In this document: positions 17,953 to 26,430 of the stretch, piece by piece
Position numbering within the stretch: the first letter of the stretch is position 1
Layout of the letters: each line of letters starts with the position of its first letter
Virus record (IMG/VR): IMGVR_UViG_3300029875_000335
Reading direction: 5' to 3' (one strand)
Source of the DNA: a virus
Taxonomy: Duplodnaviria > Heunggongvirae > Uroviricota > Caudoviricetes > Peduoviridae
Length of the DNA: 31,966 bases
Notes under the pieces: generated by a model
What the model was told of the DNA's origin: nothing
Database searches by the model: none
Seen by the model: the letters and a program-made list of their open reading frames with translations, nothing else
Program-made: the position numbers and the translations under genes

Positions 17953-18296
17953 CAGCGCGTTATCTCGGAATGAATCGCAGTGATGGCCTGACTGTCACTG
18001 ACCTTGAGCATATCAGCCAGAGTATCGGCGATATCCTGCGCACACCGGTCGGCTCACGGGTGATGCGTCGTGATTACGGCTCGTTGCTGGCGTCAATGAT
18101 TGACCAGCCGCAGACCCCGGCGCTTGAGTTGCAGATTAAGGTCGCCTGTTACATGTCCGTGCTGAAATGGGAACCCCGCGTCACCCTGTCATCCGTCACC
18201 ACGGCGCGCAGTTTTGACGGGCGAATGACGGTCACGTTAACCGGTCAGCACAACGACACCGGCCAGCCACTTTCGTTAACCATCCCTGTGAGTTGA
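17949..18296 (+). CDS. W: Baseplate protein W
   Basis: 115 aa, matching P2 gpW; ATGA overlap with V. Confidence 0.85.
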   Translation: MTARYLGMNRSDGLTVTDLEHISQSIGDILRTPVGSRVMRRDYGSLLASMIDQPQTPALELQIKVACYMSVLKWEPRVTLSSVTTARSFDGRMTVTLTGQHNDTGQPLSLTIPVS

Positions 18297-18300
18297 AACC

Positions 18301-19209
18301 ATGCCGATTATCGACCTGAACCAGCTACCCGCACCGGATGTGGTCGAGGAGCTGGACTTTGAAACCATTCTCGCTGAACGCAAGGCGACACTGATTTCCC
18401 TTTACCCGGAAGACCAGCAGGAGGCGGTCGCCCGTACCCTGACGCTGGAATCCGAGCCTCTCGTCAAACTGCTGGAGGAAAATGCTTATCGTGAGCTTAT
18501 CTGGCGTCAGCGTGTGAATGAGGCCGCACGGGCGGTAATGCTGGCCTGTGCTGCCGGTAATGACCTTGATGTGATTGGTGCCAATTACAACACCACGCGC
18601 CTGATTATCACCCCGGCAGATGATTCGACTATCCCGCCGACACCGGCAGTGATGGAATCTGACACCGATTATCGTCTGCGTATTCAGCAGGCGTTTGAAG
18701 GTTTAAGCGTCGCCGGGTCGGTGGGTGCCTATCAGTATCATGGTCGCAGTGCCGACGGGCGTGTCGCAGATATCTCTGTCACCAGCCCTTCTCCGGCCTG
18801 CGTCACCATCTCCGTGCTGTCTCGCGAAAATAACGGTGTTGCATCCGAAGACCTGCTGGCGGCGGTGCGTAACGCCCTTAATGGCGAGGACGTCAGGCCG
18901 GTGGCCGACCGCGTGACCGTGCAGTCTGCCGCCATCGTTGAATACCAGATAAACGCCACGCTTTACCTTTACCCTGGTCCCGAAAGCGAACCCATCCGCG
19001 CTGCTGCCGTGAAAAAACTGGAAGCGTACATCACAGCACAGCACCGGCTGGGGCGCGACATCCGTCTGTCTGCCATTTATGCTGCTTTGCATGTGGAAGG
19101 CGTGCAGCGTGTCGAACTGACTGCACCGCTGGCCGACATCGTGCTCAACAGTACGCAGGCGTCTTTCTGTACCGAATACCGCGTCGTGACCGGAGGCTCG
19201 GATGAGTGA
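18301..19209 (+). CDS. J: Baseplate protein J
   Basis: 302 aa, matching P2 gpJ. Confidence 0.85.
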   Translation: MPIIDLNQLPAPDVVEELDFETILAERKATLISLYPEDQQEAVARTLTLESEPLVKLLEENAYRELIWRQRVNEAARAVMLACAAGNDLDVIGANYNTTRLIITPADDSTIPPTPAVMESDTDYRLRIQQAFEGLSVAGSVGAYQYHGRSADGRVADISVTSPSPACVTISVLSRENNGVASEDLLAAVRNALNGEDVRPVADRVTVQSAAIVEYQINATLYLYPGPESEPIRAAAVKKLEAYITAQHRLGRDIRLSAIYAALHVEGVQRVELTAPLADIVLNSTQASFCTEYRVVTGGSDE

Positions 19210-19732
19210 TTCGCGACTGCTGCCGACCGGCTCATCACCGCTTGAAGTTGCTGCCGCAAAAGCCTGTGCGGAAATTGAAAAAACGCCGGTCAGTATTCGT
19301 GAACTGTGGAACCCGGACACCTGCCCGGCAAATCTGCTGCCGTGGCTGGCGTGGGCGTTTTCGGTCGACAGGTGGGATGAAAAGTGGCCGGAAGCGACCA
19401 AGCGCGCCGTTATTCGCGATGCCTATTTCATCCACTGTCATAAAGGCACTATAGGCGCAATCCGGCGTGTGGTGGAGCCGCTCGGCTATCTCATTAACGT
19501 AAAGGAATGGTGGGAGACAAACGACCCGCCCGGAACCTTTCGCCTTGATATCGGTGTGCTGGAAAGCGGCATCACGGAGGAGATGTATCTGGAAATGGAA
19601 CGGCTGATTGCCGATGCCAAACCCGCAAGTCGCCACCTTATCGGCCTGAACATTATCCAGGACATTCCCGGCTATCTGTATACAGGCGGTGTGGTCTGTG
19701 ATGGTGATGTTATTACTGTTTATCCCGGATAA
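19202..19732 (+). CDS. I: Baseplate / tail protein I
   Basis: 176 aa, matching P2 gpI; overlaps the J stop. Confidence 0.85.
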   Translation: MSDSRLLPTGSSPLEVAAAKACAEIEKTPVSIRELWNPDTCPANLLPWLAWAFSVDRWDEKWPEATKRAVIRDAYFIHCHKGTIGAIRRVVEPLGYLINVKEWWETNDPPGTFRLDIGVLESGITEEMYLEMERLIADAKPASRHLIGLNIIQDIPGYLYTGGVVCDGDVITVYPG

Positions 19733-19742
19733 GTGAGAAACA

Positions 19743-22478
19743 ATGAGCACGAAATTTAAAACCGTTATCACTACTGCCGGAGCCGCGAAGCTGGCAGCCG
19801 CCACTGTCCCCGGCGGGAAAAAAGTAAACCTGTCTGCAATGGCCGTGGGTGACGGTAATGGCAAATTGCCGGTGCCGGATGCCGGTCAGACGAAGCTGGT
19901 GCATGAGGTCTGGCGTCATGCCCTGAATAAAGTCAGCGTGGATAATAAGAATAAAAACTATATCGTGGCTGAACTGGTTGTTCCGCCAGAAGTGGGCGGC
20001 TTCTGGATGCGTGAGCTTGGTCTGTATGACGATGCCGGAACACTGATTGCGGTATCCAACATGGCAGAAAGCTATAAGCCAGAACTGGCTGAAGGCTCCG
20101 GACGTGCGCAGACCTGCCGCATGGTTATTATTCTCAGCAACGTGGCGTCCGTTGAGCTGAGTATTGATGCCAGCACAGTGATGGCGACGCAGGATTACGT
20201 CGATGACAAAATCGCAGAGCATGAGCAGTCCCGCCGCCATCCTGACGCCACGCTGACAGAAAAAGGTTTTACTCAGTTAAGCAGTGCAACAAACAGCACC
20301 AGTGAGTCATTGGCAGCAACGCCAAAAGCGGTCAAGGCAGCAAATGACAACGCAAATTCACGTCTGGCGAAAAATCAGAATGGTGCAGATATCCAGGATA
20401 AATCAGCTTTTCTGGACAATGTTGGCGTTACCAGCCTGACGTTTATGAAAAACAATGGCGAAATGCCGGTTGATGCTGATCTGAATACGTTTGGTCCTGT
20501 TAAGGCTTATTCAGGTATCTGGTCTAAAGCTACATCCACTAACGCGACGGCTGCTAAAAATTTCCCTGAAGACGGTGCAGTCGGTGTACTGGAGGTATTC
20601 AATGGCGGTAATTTTTCAGGAATGCAGCGTTATACCACCAGAACAGGCAATGTTTATATGCGCAACCTTTCTGGCACATGGAATGGTTCAGACGGTCCGT
20701 GGAGTTACTGGCGTCAGGTTCAGTCTGCAACACGCCCCCTGAGCACAACCATTGACCTGAACACGCTCGGAGGCGCAGAGCATCTTGGTTTATGGCGAAA
20801 CAGTAGTGGCTCAATCGCTTCATTTGACCGCAACTATCCGGAAGAAGGAAGTTATGGTCAGGGACTCCTTGAAGTTCTTGAAGGTGGTGGTTACTCGCGA
20901 ACGCAGCGTTACACGACCCGCCGTGGAAATGTTTATGTTCGCTGTCTTTCGGCCTCGTGGGATGCAGAGAACCCACAGTGGGAGCCGTGGTCAAGAGTGG
21001 GCTACCAGTCAGAAAGCCGTTATTACGACGGTGATTTGAATGATGTAACCTCACCAGGTATTTACAGCGTTACAGGTAAAGCGACCAATGGTCCAATACT
21101 GGACGGAAACGGCGTGACAGTCCTCGGTATTCTGGAAGTGTTGAGGCGCTTTGATGGTGTTAACGTATGGCAGCGTTATACAACTGCCGGAACAGGTACA
21201 ACCCTTAAAGGTCGCACGTTTGAGCGCGTTTTTACCGGCAGCTCATGGAGCGAATGGCGGGAAGTTTACACATCTTATTCACTTCCCCTGAATCTGGGTA
21301 TCGGTGGCGCAGTAGCAAAACTCACCAGCCTGGACTGGCAGACATACGATTTTGTGCCGGGCAGTCTGATAACCGTTCGGCTGGATAACATGACCAATAT
21401 TCCCGACGGTATGGACTGGGGCGTCATTGATGGCAACCTGATAAACATCTCAGTCGGTCCGAGTGATGATTCTGGTTCGGGACGCTCAATGCATGTATGG
21501 CGCAGCACTGTAAGTAAAGCCAACTACCGCTTTTTTATGGTGCGTATTTCAGGAAATCCGGGAAGCCGCACGATTACAGCAAGACGAGTACCAATCATTG
21601 ACGAAGCCCAGACATGGGGCGCGAAACAGACATTCAGTGCTGGCCTTTCTGGTGAACTGTCCGGCAATGCGGCGACAGCAACAAAGCTGAAAACAGCCCG
21701 TAAAATTAATAACGTTTCGTTTGATGGAACATCAGATATTAACCTGACGCCGAAAAATATTGGTGCATTTGCTTCAGGAAAAACAGGAGACACCGTTGCG
21801 AATGATAAAGCCGTTGGATGGAACTGGAGTAGCGGAGCCTATAACGCAACTATTGGTGGGGCATCAACGTTAATTCTTCATTTTAATATCGGTGAAGGAA
21901 GTTGCCCCGCCGCCCAGTTCCGCGTTAATTATAAGAACGGCGGTATTTTTTATCGTTCTGCTCGTGACGGTTACGGATTCGAGGCTGACTGGTCTGAGTT
22001 TTATACCACAACGCGAAAACCTACAGCGGGAGATGTCGGTGCACTGCCGTTATCTGGTGGTCAATTGAATGGTGCTCTGGGTATAGGAACATCCAGTGCT
22101 CTTGGCGGTAATTCGATTGTTTTGGGTGATAATGACACGGGCTTTAAACAAAATGGTGATGGTAATCTGGATGTTTATGCTAATAGCGTCCATGTTATGC
22201 GCTTTGTCTCGGGAAGTATTCAAAGTAATAAAACCATAAATATTACGGGGCGTGTTAATCCCTCGGATTACGGTAACTTTGATTCCCGCTATGTGAGAGA
22301 TGTCAGACTTGGCACACGTGTTGTTCAGACCATGCAAAAAGGCGTGATGTATGAAAAATCAGGCCATGTAATCACGGGGCTTGGTATTGTCGGTGAAGTC
22401 GATGGTGATGATCCAGCAGTATTCAGACCAATACAAAAATACATCAATGGCACATGGTATAACGTTGCGCAGGTGTAA
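19743..22478 (+). CDS. H: Tail fibre protein H with a mosaic, repeat-containing distal part
   Basis: 911 aa against about 669 for P2 gpH as I recall; P2-like N-terminus (MSTKFKTVITTAGAAKLAAATVPGGKK...); three internal repeats of the LEV..GG..QRYTT.G..Y.R..S..W module; lower-GC distal third. Confidence 0.85.
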   Translation: MSTKFKTVITTAGAAKLAAATVPGGKKVNLSAMAVGDGNGKLPVPDAGQTKLVHEVWRHALNKVSVDNKNKNYIVAELVVPPEVGGFWMRELGLYDDAGTLIAVSNMAESYKPELAEGSGRAQTCRMVIILSNVASVELSIDASTVMATQDYVDDKIAEHEQSRRHPDATLTEKGFTQLSSATNSTSESLAATPKAVKAANDNANSRLAKNQNGADIQDKSAFLDNVGVTSLTFMKNNGEMPVDADLNTFGPVKAYSGIWSKATSTNATAAKNFPEDGAVGVLEVFNGGNFSGMQRYTTRTGNVYMRNLSGTWNGSDGPWSYWRQVQSATRPLSTTIDLNTLGGAEHLGLWRNSSGSIASFDRNYPEEGSYGQGLLEVLEGGGYSRTQRYTTRRGNVYVRCLSASWDAENPQWEPWSRVGYQSESRYYDGDLNDVTSPGIYSVTGKATNGPILDGNGVTVLGILEVLRRFDGVNVWQRYTTAGTGTTLKGRTFERVFTGSSWSEWREVYTSYSLPLNLGIGGAVAKLTSLDWQTYDFVPGSLITVRLDNMTNIPDGMDWGVIDGNLINISVGPSDDSGSGRSMHVWRSTVSKANYRFFMVRISGNPGSRTITARRVPIIDEAQTWGAKQTFSAGLSGELSGNAATATKLKTARKINNVSFDGTSDINLTPKNIGAFASGKTGDTVANDKAVGWNWSSGAYNATIGGASTLILHFNIGEGSCPAAQFRVNYKNGGIFYRSARDGYGFEADWSEFYTTTRKPTAGDVGALPLSGGQLNGALGIGTSSALGGNSIVLGDNDTGFKQNGDGNLDVYANSVHVMRFVSGSIQSNKTINITGRVNPSDYGNFDSRYVRDVRLGTRVVQTMQKGVMYEKSGHVITGLGIVGEVDGDDPAVFRPIQKYINGTWYNVAQV

Positions 22479-22481
22479 ATT

Positions 22482-23009
22482 ATGCAGCATTTAAAAAACA
22501 TTAAGTCAGGTAATCCAAAAACAAAAGAACAATATCAGCTAACAAAGAATTTTGATGTTATCTGGTTATGGTCCGAAGACGGAAAAAACTGGTATGAGGA
22601 AGTAAGTAATTTTCAGGAAGACACGATAAAGATTGTTTACGATGAAAATAATATTATTGTCGGCATCACCAGAGATGCTTCAACGCTCAACCCTGAAGGT
22701 TTCAGCGTTGTCGAGGTTCCTGATATTACCGCCAACCGACGTGCTGATGACTCAGGGAAATGGATGTTTAAGGATGGTGCCGTGATTAAGCGGATTTATA
22801 CGGCAGACGAACAGCAACAACAGGCAGAATCACAAAAGGCCGCGTTACTTTCCGAAGCGGAAAGCGTTATTCAGCCACTGGAGCGCGCTGTCAGGCTGAA
22901 CATGGCAACAGATGAGGAGCGTAGCCGACTGGAAGCATGGGAACGCTACAGTGTTCTGGTCAGCCGTGTGGATCCTGCAAATCCTGAATGGCCGGAAATG
23001 CCGCAATAA
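22482..23009 (+). CDS. G: Tail fibre assembly chaperone
   Basis: 175 aa directly after H; C-terminal ...[12 protein letters not shown] typical of tail fibre assembly proteins; matches P2 gpG length. Confidence 0.85.
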   Translation: MQHLKNIKSGNPKTKEQYQLTKNFDVIWLWSEDGKNWYEEVSNFQEDTIKIVYDENNIIVGITRDASTLNPEGFSVVEVPDITANRRADDSGKWMFKDGAVIKRIYTADEQQQQAESQKAALLSEAESVIQPLERAVRLNMATDEERSRLEAWERYSVLVSRVDPANPEWPEMPQ

Positions 23010-23398
23010 GTGATATGATCTCTTGTGTTAGTTAACATAGCTATAGTACAGAGTAAGGCCTAATCTGACAGTCCGCTCTGTGCTAGGAGCGGACATTATC
23101 AACATCATGCTATGTTAATGTATAAAGTGAAGATAAATTGATATAATAAGGCCACCATGAATATTTCAGAACCTTGTCAAAAGGTTTGCACATACTCTAG
23201 TCTTGCAATGTGTAGTTGATAGTTCCACTGAGGAGGTTCTTCGACATTCTTTATAAAAATGTACATTTTCATCAATAATAAGAGGTAAAAGGGCTTTAAT
23301 AGTTTTTTGTGGATGTTATGTCCACTCATAAATTTTGAGATAAGTATTGAGTTGAGATAAAGTTAAACTCGTTAAATTCACCTTTAAAAGGATAAAGC

Positions 23399-23926
23399 AT
23401 GGACTGGAAAGATCTTGCATCAACCGCTGTGTATACAGGTATGACTGATGAAAATGAAAACATATGGGGACGTGTTGATGGGGTTGACGTTGCCTTCATA
23501 GGTGCCTTTCTTACTGCGCACTTGAGCCTTGAAAAGTATATTACTGATTATCTTGGATTAAGATATCCTTCGTTAGCTTGGGGTGATGCAAAACTCACAT
23601 TTTCACAAAAAATAGCTTTAATACAACATGAGCCTGCAAAACCCCCTTATGATGAAATATATTTAAGAATAAAAGACTTTAACAGCATAAGAAATAAAAT
23701 CAGTCATCAATTGAATTATCAGATTACGGATAAAGAAAAAAGTAAGTTTGTGGACTTCTACATGAAGATTACTAAAGCCAGTAAAACTAAACCAAATATT
23801 GATATTGATAACATGGCGGATTTGTTGGATTTTTTCGTATCGATGACAAAATCCTATTTTGCTAGTGCTATTTCTTATTATCACTATAATAAAAAGGTTG
23901 CAGGTAAAAGTAATAAAATTGATTAA
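23399..23926 (+). CDS. AT-rich orphan cargo protein at the Z/fun locus; candidate anti-phage / lysogenic-conversion protein
   Basis: 175-aa ORF in a strongly AT-rich island between G and FI; AAGGA RBS; R-N-K-I-S-H (R-N-x3-H) at residues 98-103 (23690..23707). Confidence 0.75.
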   Translation: MDWKDLASTAVYTGMTDENENIWGRVDGVDVAFIGAFLTAHLSLEKYITDYLGLRYPSLAWGDAKLTFSQKIALIQHEPAKPPYDEIYLRIKDFNSIRNKISHQLNYQITDKEKSKFVDFYMKITKASKTKPNIDIDNMADLLDFFVSMTKSYFASAISYYHYNKKVAGKSNKID

Positions 23927-24101
23927 TAAAACTGGACTTAGGGATAATTAATATATAGACGTTCTATCATTTTTAGAGTGTGCGGCAGCTCCATACATTC
24001 ATGCGGATGTCAGCACCTCGCTCAAAGCAGACAGTCAGATTTGATAGCGTTTGGACTATGTAAATAGTCAGTTGGAAAATGAGTGAGTACAAATCAGGAC
24101 A

Positions 24102-24129
24102 GGCGGGCGAATTGCCCGCCTTTTCTTTA
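24102..24129 (+). terminator. Rho-independent terminator upstream of FI
   Basis: Hairpin GGCGGGCGAATTGCCCGCC (24102..24120) followed by TTTTCTTTAT. Confidence 0.6.
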
Positions 24130-24224
24130 TCTGTTGTTTCATCCACTGACCAGCCAGGTCAAATAGCGCCTCATACTCTGCACAACAGAAAATAATTGCA
24201 CCCATTAACCACGGAGTTAAACGG

Positions 24225-25415
24225 ATGAGTGACTATCATCACGGCGTGCAGGTGCTGGAGATTAACGAGGGCACCCGCGTCATTTCCACTGTATCCACGG
24301 CCATTGTCGGCATGGTCTGCACGGCCAGCGATGCGGATGCGGAAACCTTCCCCCTCAATAAACCTGTGCTGATTACCAATGTGCAGAGCGCAATTGCAAA
24401 GGCCGGTAAAAAAGGCACGCTGGCGGCATCGTTGCAGGCCATCGCCGACCAGTCAAAACCGGTCACCGTTGTCGTGCGTGTGGAAGACGGCACCGGCGAC
24501 GACGAGGAAACGAAACTTGCGCAAACCGTTTCCAATATCATCGGCACCACCGACGAAAACGGTCAGTACACCGGACTGAAAGCCCTGCTGGCGGCGGAGT
24601 CGGTAACCGGTGTTAAACCGCGCATTCTCGGTGTGCCGGGACTGGACACCAAAGAGGTTGCCGTCGCACTGGCATCAGTCTGTCAGAAGCTGCGCGCTTT
24701 CGGGTATATCAGCGCATGGGGCTGTAAAACCATTTCCGAGGTGAAAGCCTACCGCCAGAATTTCAGCCAGCGTGAGCTGATGGTCATCTGGCCGGATTTC
24801 CTCGCATGGGATACGGTCACCAGTACTACCGCCACCGCGTATGCCACCGCCCGTGCGCTGGGTCTGCGTGCCAGAATTGACCAGGAGCAGGGCTGGCATA
24901 AAACGCTGTCCAATGTCGGGGTGAACGGTGTTACCGGCATCAGCGCCTCTGTATTCTGGGATTTGCAGGAGTCCGGCACCGATGCTGACCTGCTTAACGA
25001 GTCAGGCGTCACTACGCTGATTCGCCGCGACGGTTTCCGCTTCTGGGGTAACCGTACCTGCTCTGATGACCCGCTGTTCCTCTTTGAAAACTATACCCGC
25101 ACCGCGCAGGTGCTGGCCGACACGATGGCTGAGGCGCACATGTGGGCGGTGGACAAGCCCATCACCGCAACGCTGATTCGCGACATCGTTGACGGCATCA
25201 ATGCCAAATTCCGTGAGCTGAAAACAAACGGCTATATCGTGGATGCGACCTGCTGGTTCAGCGAAGAATCCAACGATGCGGAAACCCTCAAGGCCGGAAA
25301 ACTGTATATCGACTACGACTATACACCGGTACCTCCTCTTGAAAACCTGACCCTGCGCCAGCGTATTACCGATAAATACCTGGCAAATCTGGTCACCTCG
25401 GTTAACAGCAATTAA
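24225..25415 (+). CDS. FI: Tail sheath protein
   Basis: 396 aa, matching P2 gpFI; GGAG RBS. Confidence 0.9.
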   Translation: MSDYHHGVQVLEINEGTRVISTVSTAIVGMVCTASDADAETFPLNKPVLITNVQSAIAKAGKKGTLAASLQAIADQSKPVTVVVRVEDGTGDDEETKLAQTVSNIIGTTDENGQYTGLKALLAAESVTGVKPRILGVPGLDTKEVAVALASVCQKLRAFGYISAWGCKTISEVKAYRQNFSQRELMVIWPDFLAWDTVTSTTATAYATARALGLRARIDQEQGWHKTLSNVGVNGVTGISASVFWDLQESGTDADLLNESGVTTLIRRDGFRFWGNRTCSDDPLFLFENYTRTAQVLADTMAEAHMWAVDKPITATLIRDIVDGINAKFRELKTNGYIVDATCWFSEESNDAETLKAGKLYIDYDYTPVPPLENLTLRQRITDKYLANLVTSVNSN

Positions 25416-25427
25416 GGAGCCTGACCG

Positions 25428-25946
25428 ATGGCAATGCCGCGCAAACTCAAGTTAATGAACGTCTTTCTGAACGGCTACAGCTATCAGGGCGTTGCAAAGT
25501 CCGTCACGCTGCCAAAACTGACCCGTAAGCTCGAAAACTATCGCGGTGCGGGGATGAACGGCAGCGCACCGGTAGACCTCGGCCTTGATGACGATGCGCT
25601 GTCAATGGAGTGGTCGCTCGGTGGCTTCCCGGATTCGGTTATCTGGGAGCTTTACGCCTCAACCGGTGTGGATGCCGTGCCGATTCGTTTTGCAGGCTCT
25701 TACCAGCGCGACGATACCGGCGAAACGGTGGCCGTCGAAGTGGTCATGCGTGGACGTCAGAAAGAAATCGACACCGGCGAGGGTAAACAGGGAGAAGACA
25801 CCGAGTCGAAAATCTCCGTGGTCTGCACCTATTTCCGGCTGACGATGGACGGTAAGGAGCTGGTCGAAATCGACACCATCAACATGATTGAGAAGGTGAA
25901 CGGCGTCGACCGGCTGGAGCAACACCGCCGAAATATCGGCCTGTGA
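25428..25946 (+). CDS. FII: Tail tube protein
   Basis: 172 aa, matching P2 gpFII. Confidence 0.9.
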   Translation: MAMPRKLKLMNVFLNGYSYQGVAKSVTLPKLTRKLENYRGAGMNGSAPVDLGLDDDALSMEWSLGGFPDSVIWELYASTGVDAVPIRFAGSYQRDDTGETVAVEVVMRGRQKEIDTGEGKQGEDTESKISVVCTYFRLTMDGKELVEIDTINMIEKVNGVDRLEQHRRNIGL

Positions 25947-26002
25947 TTTTCATCCGGTCAGCCTGGCTGACCGGTTAACCCTGATTCAGAAGTGAGAAAA
26001 CC

Positions 26003-26278
26003 ATGAACAAAGAAAATGTCATTACCCTGGAAAATCCGGTCAAGCGTGGTGAGCAGGTCATCGAACAGGTCACGCTGATGAAACCCAATGCCGGGACGCT
26101 GCGCGGTGTCAGTCTGGCAGCGGTCGCAAACTCCGAAGTTGATGCACTAATTAAGGTGTTGCCGCGCATGACGGCACCGATGCTGACCGAGCAGGAAGTC
26201 GCCGCGCTGGAACTGCCTGACCTTGTGGCGCTGGCCGGTAAGGTGGTCGGTTTTTTGTCGCCGAACTCGGTGCAGTGA
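26003..26278 (+). CDS. E: Tail assembly chaperone E
   Basis: 91 aa, matching P2 gpE; slippery TTTTTTG near its 3' end. Confidence 0.8.
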   Translation: MNKENVITLENPVKRGEQVIEQVTLMKPNAGTLRGVSLAAVANSEVDALIKVLPRMTAPMLTEQEVAALELPDLVALAGKVVGFLSPNSVQ

Positions 26279-26430
26279 CGTTCCCGAAAAATCTCTCGGT
26301 CGATGACCTGATGGCGGATGTGGCAGTGATATTTCACTGGCCGCCATCAGAACTGTATCCCATGAGCCTGACCGAACTCATCACATGGCGCGAAAAGGCG
26401 CTCCGGCGAAGCGGAAACACGAATGAGTAA
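26003..26430 (+). CDS. E': Tail assembly chaperone E+E' (predicted programmed -1 frameshift product)
   Basis: Slippery heptamer TTTTTTG at 26251..26257; the -1 frame stays open from there to a TAA at 26428..26430, overlapping the T start; predicted fusion is about 142 aa, as for P2 E+E'. Confidence 0.6.

Noticed and set aside
23157-23219. Approximately 20-codon ORF (MNISEPCQKVCTYSSLAMCS) in the AT-rich leader of cargo gene 2
   Set aside because: Very short, no RBS, in AT-rich DNA where short ORFs arise by chance. It cannot be excluded as a small peptide or antitoxin, but is unsupported.
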